Below, in pieces: positions 10,480 through 18,615 of a DNA stretch of 64,000 nt. The translations under genes were made by a program, and so were the position numbers. This DNA comes from a virus. The stretch lies in IMG/VR virus record IMGVR_UViG_3300046170_000299; one strand, written 5' to 3'. Positions within the stretch are counted from its first letter, which is position 1. Each line of letters starts with the position of its first letter. A model generated the notes under the pieces. It did not search any database and had not been told where the DNA came from. It worked only from the letters and a program-made list of their open reading frames with translations.

Positions 10480-10652
10480 TGGAACTAGTAACAGAATCAT
10501 ATCCATATTGGAAAGCTATATTATGGTGTCTTTACCCTATGGCATGTTTAGTTGCTATTGAATTATTCTTACGTTTAGCAAACCAAGATGATGATGATGA
10601 CGGCAGTGATGGAGGACTAATGACTCCTGTATTTGCACCATCAGCATCTTAG
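10479..10652 (+). CDS. 57-aa membrane microprotein with poly-Asp tail
   Basis: MELVTESYPYWKAILWCLYPMACLVAIELFL...QDDDDDGSDGGLMTPVFAPSAS. Confidence 0.7.
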   Translation: MELVTESYPYWKAILWCLYPMACLVAIELFLRLANQDDDDDGSDGGLMTPVFAPSAS

Positions 10653-10662
10653 TGATATAATT

Positions 10663-10687
10663 AGAGGGGAACACCCCCTCTTTTTTT
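10663..10687 (+). terminator. rho-independent terminator
   Basis: AGAGGGG...CCCCTCT stem followed by a T run. Confidence 0.8.
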
Positions 10688-11245
10688 ATGAAAAATTTTA
10701 TTGAGGTATATGATAATGCTTTGAGTTCTGATCAATGCAAAAGAATCATTGATTACTTTGAATCATCCGATGAAAAAAAGCGTGGCGTTGTTGGATCAGC
10801 TGATACTTTTAAAGTAGACATAGCTAAAAAAGATAGTACTGATATATTTCTTTTGTTTTCATATGAGAATGAGATAACAAAGATGATTCACAATAGTCTT
10901 TATGATAATACTAAAAAATATGTAAAGACCCATAAGGATTGTTGTAAGGTAGCACCATGGGCACCACAGAATGATTTCAACATACAAAGGTATCATCCAA
11001 AGCAAGGATATAAAGATGTCCATTGTGAACATAGTACAAAGGAAGACACTACAGTCTTGGCGTGGATGTTCTACTTAAACACTGTTGAAGATGGTGGAAC
11101 ATTATTCACTAGCTATGATCTAACAACAGATTGTATTGAAGGTAGGTTAGTTATATGGCCAGTTTATTGGACACACTGTCACCGTGGTATAACTAGTAAG
11201 ACCAAAACGAAATACATTGCAACAGGTTGGACTTGTTTCATATGA
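10688..11245 (+). CDS. 2OG-Fe(II) oxygenase (prolyl-4-hydroxylase-like)
   Basis: IQRYHPKQGY..HCE...LAWMFYLN..EDGGT.F...GRLVIWP..WTHCHRG...KYIATGW. Confidence 0.9.
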   Translation: MKNFIEVYDNALSSDQCKRIIDYFESSDEKKRGVVGSADTFKVDIAKKDSTDIFLLFSYENEITKMIHNSLYDNTKKYVKTHKDCCKVAPWAPQNDFNIQRYHPKQGYKDVHCEHSTKEDTTVLAWMFYLNTVEDGGTLFTSYDLTTDCIEGRLVIWPVYWTHCHRGITSKTKTKYIATGWTCFI

Positions 11246-11412
11246 AGACTACTACTTTTCACATATACAAAAAAGGAACGAACGAAGTTATCAAATGCGA
11301 CTTAACAATAGATGAATTGGAACAAATGCTATCAGAAAAACAAATAGATTGGTCACACTGGGAGATCCAACCATGCTATACTGAGTACAGTGCTGAAGAT
11401 GCATCGTTCTGA
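11242..11412 (+). CDS. small hypothetical protein
   Basis: MKTTTFHIYKKG...; ATGA overlap with the upstream stop. Confidence 0.65.
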   Translation: MKTTTFHIYKKGTNEVIKCDLTIDELEQMLSEKQIDWSHWEIQPCYTEYSAEDASF

Positions 11413-11533
11413 AATTAAAAAGCATCTCAAGTTTCTTAAGGATCTCAAACGAGACTTAAAAAGAAACCCAAAGCACAAGGTCCCCAAGCACCCCTTCAAA
11501 GATAGGTATAAACGCTCATCTTTTAGGGGTTGA
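11399..11533 (+). CDS. 44-aa highly basic microprotein
   Basis: MHRSEIKKHLKFLKDLKRDLKRNPKHKVPKHPFKDRYKRSSFRG. Confidence 0.5.
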   Translation: MHRSEIKKHLKFLKDLKRDLKRNPKHKVPKHPFKDRYKRSSFRG

Positions 11534-11563
11534 CGGATTCCTCTCCACCTGTTATTATAAATA
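11530..11563 (+). promoter_or_regulatory. composite psbA promoter: sigma70 plus T4 late element
   Basis: TTGACG (11530)-17-TATTAT (11553), overlapping TATAAATA (11556-11563). Confidence 0.75.
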
Positions 11564-11609
11564 GGTAAACAAATGTAACGATCCCGTTTGGATTCCGTGA
11601 CATTGATAC

Positions 11610-11712
11610 GACGCCTTACCAAGACTAAACAGCGTCATTAAATAACAGTCTTTCATACCTCCGCCTGAGGGTGGCGAAGGAATATCATATCAGTGTTTCC
11701 CTGCACTCATAC
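11610..11712 (+). ncRNA. PhotoRC-II-like structured psbA leader
   Basis: Hairpins GACGC/GCGTC, CCTCCGCC-TGAGGGT-GGCGAAGG and AGTG/CACT directly 5' of psbA; resembles the PhotoRC-II motif as recalled. Confidence 0.7.
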
Positions 11713-11726
11713 CTACCCTAATTTCA

Positions 11727-12806
11727 ATGTCTACAACTCTTTCAAGGCAACAATCCCAATCCTCATGGAATAACTTCTGTGACTGGGTTACTTCCACCAG
11801 CAATCGTCTGTATGTCGGTTGGTTCGGTGTACTGATGATCCCAACTCTGTTGGCGGCAACCATCTGTTTTATCGTCGCTTTCGTAGCGGCACCTCCTGTC
11901 GATATCGACGGGATTCGTGAACCCGTAGCTGGTTCACTCATGTATGGTAACAACATCATTTCTGGTGCTGTTGTGCCCTCCTCCAACGCAATTGGTCTTC
12001 ACTTCTACCCTATTTGGGAAGCAGCAACTCTTGATGAGTGGTTGTACAACGGTGGTCCATTTCAATTAGTAGTCTTCCACTTCCTTATCGGCATCTCTGC
12101 TTATATGGGTCGTGAATGGGAACTTTCATACCGTCTTGGTATGCGTCCATGGATCTGCGTAGCATACTCTGCACCTGTTGCAGCAGCGTTCGCAGTATTC
12201 TTAGTATATCCTTTCGGTCAGGGGAGTTTTTCTGATGCTATGCCTCTTGGTATTTCTGGTACTTTTAACTATATGTTCGTCTTCCAGGCAGAACACAATA
12301 TTCTTATGCACCCGTTCCACATGCTCGGTGTTGCTGGGGTATTCGGTGGATCTCTTTTCTCTGCTATGCACGGATCTTTGGTTACTTCTAGTCTCGTCAG
12401 AGAGACAACAGAAACTGAGTCCCAGAATTATGGTTATAAGTTCGGTCAAGAAGAAGAAACATATAACATTGTAGCTGCTCACGGTTACTTTGGTCGTCTT
12501 ATCTTCCAGTATGCTTCTTTCAACAACTCACGTTCACTCCACTTCTTCCTAGCAGCATGGCCTGTAGTCGGAATCTGGTTCACTGCTCTTGGTGTTAGCA
12601 CCATGGCATTCAACCTCAACGGTTTCAACTTCAACCAGTCCATCTTGGATGCAAATGGTAAAGTTCTCCCTACATGGGCAGACGTATTGAACCGTGCTGG
12701 TCTTGGTATGGAAGTCATGCACGAGCGTAACGCTCACAACTTCCCACTGGATCTAGCTGCTGCTGAGTCAACTCCTGTTGCACTCACCGCACCTGCTATC
12801 GGTTGA
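11727..12806 (+). CDS. psbA: photosystem II D1 protein
   Basis: Full-length uninterrupted D1: [15 protein letters not shown]...[13 protein letters not shown]. Confidence 0.99.
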   Translation: MSTTLSRQQSQSSWNNFCDWVTSTSNRLYVGWFGVLMIPTLLAATICFIVAFVAAPPVDIDGIREPVAGSLMYGNNIISGAVVPSSNAIGLHFYPIWEAATLDEWLYNGGPFQLVVFHFLIGISAYMGREWELSYRLGMRPWICVAYSAPVAAAFAVFLVYPFGQGSFSDAMPLGISGTFNYMFVFQAEHNILMHPFHMLGVAGVFGGSLFSAMHGSLVTSSLVRETTETESQNYGYKFGQEEETYNIVAAHGYFGRLIFQYASFNNSRSLHFFLAAWPVVGIWFTALGVSTMAFNLNGFNFNQSILDANGKVLPTWADVLNRAGLGMEVMHERNAHNFPLDLAAAESTPVALTAPAIG

Positions 12807-12827
12807 TCACTCAACCTGTGGTATAAT

Positions 12828-12851
12828 AAAGGGGGTCTACGGACCCCTTTT
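12828..12851 (+). terminator. rho-independent terminator after psbA
   Basis: AAAGGGGG-TCTACGGA-CCCCTTTT. Confidence 0.75.
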
Positions 12852-12880
12852 CTTTTTGCTCTTCATAATTGTACAGTTTT

Positions 12881-13171
12881 ATGTCTTTCTCTATTACTCT
12901 AAAAACTCCTGATGGGGAAACTATTATTCCATGTGAACCTGATCAATATATTCTAGACGCAGCAGAAGAAGCTGGTGTAGATGTCAACTACTCTTGTCGT
13001 GCTGGAGCTTGCTCTTCATGTGCTGGTAAGATTGAGAGTGGTACTGTTGATCAGAGCGATCAATCTTTCTTGGATGATGATCAGATTGCAGAAGGATTTG
13101 TTCTTACATGTGTAGCATATCCAACATCTGATTGTGTTGTTATTACTGATCAAGAGGAGAACCTTTACTGA
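12881..13171 (+). CDS. petF: plant-type [2Fe-2S] ferredoxin
   Basis: [14 protein letters not shown]...FVLTCVAYP. Confidence 0.97.
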   Translation: MSFSITLKTPDGETIIPCEPDQYILDAAEEAGVDVNYSCRAGACSSCAGKIESGTVDQSDQSFLDDDQIAEGFVLTCVAYPTSDCVVITDQEENLY

Positions 13172-13392
13172 TGGAAAATTCTCTACTTGAAATTCTGACT
13201 TACTATGTGATCGGTGGTGCTTTAATCATCGGTCCTCCTGCGATCTTCCTTATCATTGCTATGATGGGTGCTATCCAAAATACCAAGGGTCGTATGGTCG
13301 GTTACAAAGACCACAAAACTTATGGTGATATCTCATTCTATGAGAATGCACCAGTTGATCAAAGCAAATTCTATTTGGAACTTAAAAACTAA
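13171..13392 (+). CDS. conserved small membrane protein
   Basis: Single TM YYVIGGALIIGPPAIFLII. Confidence 0.75.
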   Translation: MENSLLEILTYYVIGGALIIGPPAIFLIIAMMGAIQNTKGRMVGYKDHKTYGDISFYENAPVDQSKFYLELKN

Positions 13393-13403
13393 GGTAAATA
13401 AAA

Positions 13404-14459
13404 ATGACGACAAGTACACTAAACATTCCACAGAGGGGGTGGTTCGATGTATTGGATGACTGGCTTAAACGAGATCGCTTTGTCTTTATTGGTTGGTCTG
13501 GACTACTTCTTCTTCCCACTGCTTATCTTGCCATTGGTGGTTGGCTTACTGGCACGACTTTTGTCACGAGTTGGTACACCCACGGACTCGCTACTTCCTA
13601 TCTTGAGGGTGCTAATTTTCTTACGTCAGCTGTCTCGACGCCTGCTGATGCTATGGGTCATTCTCTTCTTCTACTTTGGGGTCCTGAATCTCAGGGGGAT
13701 TTCGTCAGGTGGATCCAACTTGGGGGACTCTGGGCTTTTGTGGCTCTCCACGGTGCCTTCGCTCTCATTGGTTTCATGCTTAGACAGTTTGAAATCTCTC
13801 GTCTTGTAGGAATTAGACCGTACAATGCTATTGCGTTTTCTGGGCCTGTCGCTGTTTTTGTCAGTGTGTTTCTCATCTATCCTCTCGGACAGTCCAGTTG
13901 GTTCTTTGCACCGTCGTTTGGTGTTGCAGCGATATTTAGGTTCCTACTCTTCCTACAGGGCTTCCATAACTGGACGCTCAACCCATTCCATATGATGGGT
14001 GTTGCAGGTATCCTAGGTGGTGCATTGCTTTCTGCTATTCATGGAGTGACTGTCGAAAATACACTCTACGAAGATGGCGAACAAGCAAATACTTTCAAAG
14101 CTTTTGATAGTACACAAGAGGAGGAGACTTACTCGATGGTTACTGCGAACCGTTTCTGGTCACAGATCTTCGGTATTGCTTTTAGTAACAAGCGTTGGTT
14201 GCATTTCTTTATGCTCTTCGTTCCCGTCATGGGTCTCTGGACTAGTTCTATCGGTATTATTGGACTCGCTCTTAATCTACGTGCTTACGACTTTGTATCT
14301 CAAGAGATTCGTGCGGCGGAGGATCCTGAATTTGAAACGTTTTACACCAAAAACATTCTATTGAATGAAGGACTACGTGCATGGTTGGCACCAGTTGATC
14401 AACCTCACGAGAAGTTTGTATTCCCAGAAGAAGTTCTACCTAGAGGCAACGCACTATGA
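13404..14459 (+). CDS. psbD: photosystem II D2 protein
   Basis: [22 protein letters not shown]...[11 protein letters not shown]. Confidence 0.99.
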   Translation: MTTSTLNIPQRGWFDVLDDWLKRDRFVFIGWSGLLLLPTAYLAIGGWLTGTTFVTSWYTHGLATSYLEGANFLTSAVSTPADAMGHSLLLLWGPESQGDFVRWIQLGGLWAFVALHGAFALIGFMLRQFEISRLVGIRPYNAIAFSGPVAVFVSVFLIYPLGQSSWFFAPSFGVAAIFRFLLFLQGFHNWTLNPFHMMGVAGILGGALLSAIHGVTVENTLYEDGEQANTFKAFDSTQEEETYSMVTANRFWSQIFGIAFSNKRWLHFFMLFVPVMGLWTSSIGIIGLALNLRAYDFVSQEIRAAEDPEFETFYTKNILLNEGLRAWLAPVDQPHEKFVFPEEVLPRGNAL

Positions 14460-14701
14460 TTAAATCTCTCTTCACTTTTATGTTTGCTGCATTGATGTGG
14501 GTGCAAGTCCCACAGTGGCAGGATGATTGGTCCAAGTGTGCAGTAGATGTACCAGACACAGCATGTCATTGGTATATCACAGCACCTGATAGCACCATGG
14601 GTGAAGGATTTAGTTGGGCGAATGCTCCATGGTTCAGTGCTGAAGGTCTCCGTGATATTGGAGAACTTCACAATACAGTTCAATCTTTACAGGAAGCATG
14701 A
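14456..14701 (+). CDS. conserved cyanophage hypothetical protein (signal/TM, Cys/Trp-rich)
   Basis: [26 protein letters not shown]; overlaps the psbD stop. Confidence 0.75.
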   Translation: MIKSLFTFMFAALMWVQVPQWQDDWSKCAVDVPDTACHWYITAPDSTMGEGFSWANAPWFSAEGLRDIGELHNTVQSLQEA

Positions 14702-14796
14702 TAAAGAATAGAGGATGTTGTGGTGCTGGATGTCCAGACTGTCCATTCAGACCACCTATGAAGCGATTAATCGCTTCATGTTTGACCACCTCTTAA
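14698..14796 (+). CDS. 32-aa Cys-cluster microprotein
   Basis: [20 protein letters not shown]...; RGCCG.GC..CP pattern. Confidence 0.55.
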   Translation: MIKNRGCCGAGCPDCPFRPPMKRLIASCLTTS

Positions 14797-14808
14797 AGAT
14801 ATGATATG

Positions 14809-14834
14809 ATGGGGTTGAAAGACCCCATTTTTTT
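14809..14834 (+). terminator. rho-independent terminator
   Basis: ATGGGGT-TGAAAG-ACCCCAT plus T run. Confidence 0.75.
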
Positions 14835-14853
14835 ATACATAGAATTAAACCAT

Positions 14854-15117
14854 ATGAATATTACAATTTACACAACAGAAGGATGTGGTTGGTGTGGACA
14901 GATGAAAGAACTCTGTCGTAGAGCAAATGTTGAATACACAGAGGTGCTTTGGTCAACCTTAGATGATGATGAGAAAACTTCTTTCATGAGTAAGTATCAA
15001 GGAAAATTTTCTGGTAGATTTCCAGCAGCTATTATAGATGATGTATTTTATAGTGGTTTAGTTGATGTTGCGAAAAAATTTATGGCAGATGGATTGGTTA
15101 CTGCTCCTAAAAAATGA
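14854..15117 (+). CDS. glutaredoxin-like protein
   Basis: ITIYTTEGCGWC...FP...IDD thioredoxin fold with CxxC. Confidence 0.85.
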   Translation: MNITIYTTEGCGWCGQMKELCRRANVEYTEVLWSTLDDDEKTSFMSKYQGKFSGRFPAAIIDDVFYSGLVDVAKKFMADGLVTAPKK

Positions 15118-15278
15118 AAGAACTTAAAATAAATAAAGGCATAGAGCTCATGCTCAGGAGGGCAAAACAAAAAGAAATGCTACCCCGTAAGGGATTTACT
15201 ATTACTAAGGCGTTTTCCCTCTTAAAACGAGAAGTTTATTTCAACTTTGAATTTAAGTGGGACAAAAAAGAAACTTAA
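15114..15278 (+). CDS. small basic hypothetical protein (54 aa)
   Basis: MKELKINKGIELMLRR...KREVYFNFEFKWDKKET; ATGA overlap. Confidence 0.6.
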   Translation: MKELKINKGIELMLRRAKQKEMLPRKGFTITKAFSLLKREVYFNFEFKWDKKET

Positions 15279-15293
15279 GTTCGGAGTTGAACA

Positions 15294-15524
15294 ATGACAG
15301 AAACTTTATTCGTTTATTTCTCAGCAACAGCATCATTTATATTTCTATGTGTCGGTGTCTTTGCTGGTTGGACAGTAAATGAAAAGATGCATGAATATCT
15401 CTACGTTAGAGAAACAGAAAATGAAAACCTCCACCCAGAAATGTATGATAACCAAGGACAATGGATCAATGAAGAACTACTCTCTGTTCGTTTCTTAAAT
15501 GAAGAGGAATTGGAGGAAGAATAA
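15294..15524 (+). CDS. conserved membrane-anchored protein
   Basis: TM FIFLCVGVFAGW then HPEMYDNQG; RBS GGAG. Confidence 0.75.
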   Translation: MTETLFVYFSATASFIFLCVGVFAGWTVNEKMHEYLYVRETENENLHPEMYDNQGQWINEELLSVRFLNEEELEEE

Positions 15525-15550
15525 ATACTAATTACGGTATACCAATAGTT

Positions 15551-15982
15551 ATGCAATTATTACTAAATGAAGTGCTGCAAAAGGTCAGCAATGCTAAGAC
15601 CAAAGCACAAAAAATCAAACTGCTACAAACATATAATACACCAGCACTCAGACAAATTCTGATTGCTAACTTTGATGAGAGTGTAATCTCTATGCTCCCT
15701 GAAGGAGAGGTCCCCTACAAGGAGAATGAAGCGCCTGAAGAGACAGAACATACGAAACTTGCACACGAGTATCGTAAACTCTATCTCTTCTTCAAGGGCG
15801 GTGCAAGCGTCTCTCAGACTCGTAGAGAAAACCTGTTCATTCAACTGCTAGAGGGTTTACATAAAGGCGAAGCTGAGGTATTATGTCTGATGAAGGACAG
15901 GAAAATCGGCAAACGCTGGAAAATTACCAGACAGTGCGTTGAAGAAGCCTTCCCCCAAATCGAATGGGGAAACCGTAGCTAA
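15551..15982 (+). CDS. conserved T4-like hypothetical protein
   Basis: LLLNEVLQKVSNAKTK...LPEGEVPY...RRENLFIQLLEGLH; preceded by AATAAATA. Confidence 0.85.
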   Translation: MQLLLNEVLQKVSNAKTKAQKIKLLQTYNTPALRQILIANFDESVISMLPEGEVPYKENEAPEETEHTKLAHEYRKLYLFFKGGASVSQTRRENLFIQLLEGLHKGEAEVLCLMKDRKIGKRWKITRQCVEEAFPQIEWGNRS

Positions 15983-15988
15983 TTACTA

Positions 15989-16240
15989 ATGAAAATTCTC
16001 CATGAAAATTGTGATCCAAAACTTGCGAGCGATACATCGCTTCCATACACCGCATACTTGATTGAATACATTGATCAAGGAGAAACTAAATGGGACATTG
16101 CTATATCTACAAAGCAATCAGATATGTTTGATTACTATTGGGATAAATATAAAGCAGTTACCAACATGACTCAATCACAAGGTCGAGTGAGTCCTAAACT
16201 CTGGCAAGATCCAAACGCTAAACCTGCAAAGAAAAAATAA
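15989..16240 (+). CDS. conserved cyanophage hypothetical protein
   Basis: MKILHENCDP...LPYTAYLIEY. Confidence 0.8.
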   Translation: MKILHENCDPKLASDTSLPYTAYLIEYIDQGETKWDIAISTKQSDMFDYYWDKYKAVTNMTQSQGRVSPKLWQDPNAKPAKKK

Positions 16241-16512
16241 TGAGTGCATCACAAACAGGAAACTGGGCAATCTTTTATAGACGAATTGATGATCCACTTG
16301 TGTGGCATACGATGAGACTATGGAGAAGTGATGGTGTGCTTGTGTCTGCTAAAACATATGATCAAGTTTATAAATTTAGACGCTTCAGAGAAGCGTGGGA
16401 GTTTGCAAAGAATTTAATTACAGGTGGAGAATTAGGTATACCTGTTTATGATGCTGAAGTACGCCGTGTTTGTAAAGCTAAAGGTGAAGCATTCTACCTA
16501 GCAGGAAACTAA
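16240..16512 (+). CDS. hypothetical protein
   Basis: TAATG-coupled 90-aa ORF. Confidence 0.7.
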   Translation: MSASQTGNWAIFYRRIDDPLVWHTMRLWRSDGVLVSAKTYDQVYKFRRFREAWEFAKNLITGGELGIPVYDAEVRRVCKAKGEAFYLAGN

Positions 16513-16513
16513 T

Positions 16514-16529
16514 TGTATTAAGAAATACA
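16514..16529 (+). promoter_or_regulatory. NtcA-binding site
   Basis: TGTA-TTAAGAAA-TACA is a perfect extended GTA-N8-TAC, 2 nt upstream of a TTGACA -35. Confidence 0.65.
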
Positions 16530-16531
16530 GG

Positions 16532-16560
16532 TTGACAACGCATACATAGTATGGTATGCT
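16532..16560 (+). promoter_or_regulatory. sigma70-type promoter driving the riboswitch cassette
   Basis: TTGACA-17-TATGCT with TG extension; predicted start near 16567, exactly at the aptamer 5' end. Confidence 0.75.
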
Positions 16561-16566
16561 TATACC

Positions 16567-16613
16567 ATCGTTCATCCCACTCTTGGGTGGGACGCAAGTA
16601 AGTCGCGGAACGG
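16567..16613 (+). ncRNA. glutamine riboswitch-like aptamer (glnA/Downstream-peptide family), copy 1
   Basis: CGTTCA-[TCCCAC..GTGGGA hairpin]-CGCAAGTAAGTCGCG-GAACG; P1 is CGTTC/GAACG. Confidence 0.7.
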
Positions 16614-16615
16614 AG

Positions 16616-16799
16616 CCGTTCATCCCATGCTAGAATTATTATTCTATTCATCACTCACATGTGCTCAAGCTGATAGCATTATGCTACGGATGAGAACAAA
16701 CGAGAATATTCCTCCCGAATATAAGGTGGAATTGATTGAGGTCATGAAGGAATCAACACCTGAATGCTACCCTTGGGACGCAAACGACTAAAGGAACGG
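16616..16799 (+). ncRNA. glutamine riboswitch-like aptamer, copy 2, with an ORF inside the P2 loop
   Basis: CCGTTC (16616)/GAACGG (16794) P1; TCCCA (16623)/TGGGA (16774) P2; 3' core GACGCAAACGACTAAAGGAACG. Confidence 0.6.
16627..16791 (+). CDS. 54-aa protein ending WDAND, nested in aptamer copy 2
   Basis: MLELLFYSSLTCAQADSIMLRMRTNENIPPEYKVELIEVMKESTPECYPWDAND. Confidence 0.7.
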   Translation: MLELLFYSSLTCAQADSIMLRMRTNENIPPEYKVELIEVMKESTPECYPWDAND

Positions 16800-16829
16800 A
16801 TTAAAATCCAACTACTTTAGGAGTAACTC

Positions 16830-16997
16830 ATGAACACACTTAATCAAATCAAGAAGCAGATCATCAAGAGATCTGCTCTACACGACGCTCAGATTCTTCA
16901 CACTACATATCGTGGTGTTAAGTATGATACAGGTAGTGTAGAATCTAAAGAGACCCATGGCACATTCTGCTATCGTGGTCAACTTTATAAAAAGTGA
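16830..16997 (+). CDS. DUF4278 / GifB(IF17)-like small protein
   Basis: MNTLNQIKKQI...HDAQILHTTYRGVKY...HGTFCYRGQLYKK with two YRG motifs; RBS AGGAG. Confidence 0.75.
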   Translation: MNTLNQIKKQIIKRSALHDAQILHTTYRGVKYDTGSVESKETHGTFCYRGQLYKK

Positions 16998-17012
16998 TTA
17001 ACTTACTTATCC

Positions 17013-17040
17013 AGAGAGGGTTTTAACCCTCTCTTTTTTT
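17013..17040 (+). terminator. rho-independent terminator closing the riboswitch cassette
   Basis: AGAGAGGG-TTTTAA-CCCTCTCT plus T run. Confidence 0.85.
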
Positions 17041-17185
17041 ATGAGTATAAACCAGTAGGCAATAATATTCGTTGCAATTTTTCTTTAATTGAATGTTCCA
17101 AAAATAAATAGTGGTAGAATTATGCGAGGTGGAAAAATGAACCCTTCTCTCCCCTTTATTATGGTTTATTGCATGGAGAAAATTA

Positions 17186-17359
17186 ATGCACAATCTATTG
17201 TCCAGATCTCAACTTAACCAGTGGAGACACTTAGAAACTACTGTAGACACTTTGGAGGTGGAAAATCAAAAGCTCGATGACTACTATGAATGTTTAGTCG
17301 AATGCGATTTAGAAAACCAAACTTATTGTAAACGAATATGTAGAAAAATTTTAACGTAA
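17186..17359 (+). CDS. 57-aa protein with C-terminal Cys cluster
   Basis: MHNLLSRSQL...DDYYECLVECDLENQTYCKRICRKILT; RBS GGAG; has its own terminator. Confidence 0.75.
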   Translation: MHNLLSRSQLNQWRHLETTVDTLEVENQKLDDYYECLVECDLENQTYCKRICRKILT

Positions 17360-17365
17360 ATATCT

Positions 17366-17393
17366 AGAGAGGGGTTGCAACCCCTCTTTTTTT
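17366..17393 (+). terminator. rho-independent terminator (loop TTGCAA may double as a -35)
   Basis: AGAGAGGGG-TTGCAA-CCCCTCT plus T run; TATGAT 17 nt after TTGCAA. Confidence 0.75.
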
Positions 17394-17424
17394 ATGCTAT
17401 GATGATATCATCTGTAACATAAAT

Positions 17425-17607
17425 ATGGATAGAGAACGACTAAAACTCATTGTCAAAAACCTTAAATCTCTGGTCAATGCATTGGAGAGTGAAGTGTATT
17501 CTAATGTAGATGCATACAAATACGTTCATCCTTGGGACGAACATGTAAACAAAACAAAAGCCAGAGTATTAACTTCAGAGAACGACGATGACGGATATGC
17601 AGATTGA
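17425..17607 (+). CDS. conserved cyanophage hypothetical protein
   Basis: MDRERLKLIVKNLKSLVNALESEVYS. Confidence 0.8.
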   Translation: MDRERLKLIVKNLKSLVNALESEVYSNVDAYKYVHPWDEHVNKTKARVLTSENDDDGYAD

Positions 17608-17848
17608 TTGGCGTTACAGTGATGAACGAATGGACGTGAGAACACAAGGACTTAACATCCTACTCAAGAAATTTGGACCTGAGATATGCTCAGACGGATC
17701 ACCAAGGTATTCATCCCAGAGCATTTACGAATGCATTCACGATTGGGTATCACAAGGTAACGCAAGCACATCTGGAATTGTTGCTTACTACCAAGCGTAT
17801 TATGACCCGAATAAAAGACCAAATAAGATTAGCAAAGAAAGCTATTAA
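17588..17848 (+). CDS. hypothetical protein
   Basis: WRYSDERMDVR...IYECIHDWVSQG. Confidence 0.7.
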   Translation: MTDMQIDWRYSDERMDVRTQGLNILLKKFGPEICSDGSPRYSSQSIYECIHDWVSQGNASTSGIVAYYQAYYDPNKRPNKISKESY

Positions 17849-18068
17849 GGAAGCAAAGAAGAAACCTGATCTGTATACAGATGAGGAATTGCAATACATG
17901 ACATTAGCACTTGTACGTGCTAAGATACAACTAAAATTAAAACAACAACAAAGAAAACAGGAGAAGGGATTTAGTAATGAACTCAGTGAAACTCGTAACA
18001 GTGACACCAGACGCAGAGAAGATGATGGGGTACGTGGCGAGAGTATCGAACCCCAACAATCAGGATAA
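17802..18068 (+). CDS. small basic hypothetical protein
   Basis: MTRIKDQIRLAKKAIK...LYTDEELQYM; 3' end runs into thyX in another frame. Confidence 0.55.
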   Translation: MTRIKDQIRLAKKAIKEAKKKPDLYTDEELQYMTLALVRAKIQLKLKQQQRKQEKGFSNELSETRNSDTRRREDDGVRGESIEPQQSG

Positions 18069-18615
18069 CCCTAAGGTTGCTGGTCTATTAAAGTACTGTA
18101 TCAAGCACAACCACTGGAGTGTCTTTGAGCAGGCACACATGACGCTTGAGATCGAGACCTCTAGAGGAATCGCAGCTCAAGTGCTACGACATAGATCTTT
18201 TACATTCCAAGAGTTTTCTCAACGGTATGCTGATAGTTCTATGCTGGCAGATATAATCCCTCTACCTAATCTACGTCGTCAGGACACAAAGAATCGTCAG
18301 AATTCTACTGATGATTTAGATGCTTTTCATAAGCAAGAGTTTGAGATTGCTATTCAAAGACACTTTGTTTCTGCTATGGATCTATACCAGACTATGCTTG
18401 ATCACGGTGTGGCAAAGGAATGTGCTAGATTTGTGCTTCCTTTAGCAGTTCCTACAAAAATCTACATGACAGGCTCAGTTCGGTCATGGATCCATTACAT
18501 CGAATTGCGTTCTGCTCATGGAACGCAGAAAGAACACATGGAAATCGCACTAGATGCTAAGCGTGTGTTCGCTGAACAATTTCCTATTTGTGCGGAGGCA
18601 CTTGACTGGTTATGA
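17977..18615 (+). CDS. thyX: flavin-dependent thymidylate synthase
   Basis: HWSVFEQA...QVLRHRSFTFQEFSQRY ThyX motif. Confidence 0.95.
   Translation: MNSVKLVTVTPDAEKMMGYVARVSNPNNQDNPKVAGLLKYCIKHNHWSVFEQAHMTLEIETSRGIAAQVLRHRSFTFQEFSQRYADSSMLADIIPLPNLRRQDTKNRQNSTDDLDAFHKQEFEIAIQRHFVSAMDLYQTMLDHGVAKECARFVLPLAVPTKIYMTGSVRSWIHYIELRSAHGTQKEHMEIALDAKRVFAEQFPICAEALDWL

Noticed and set aside
11727-14459. Group I intron or homing endonuclease in psbA/psbD
   Set aside because: Both genes are continuous and of normal length.
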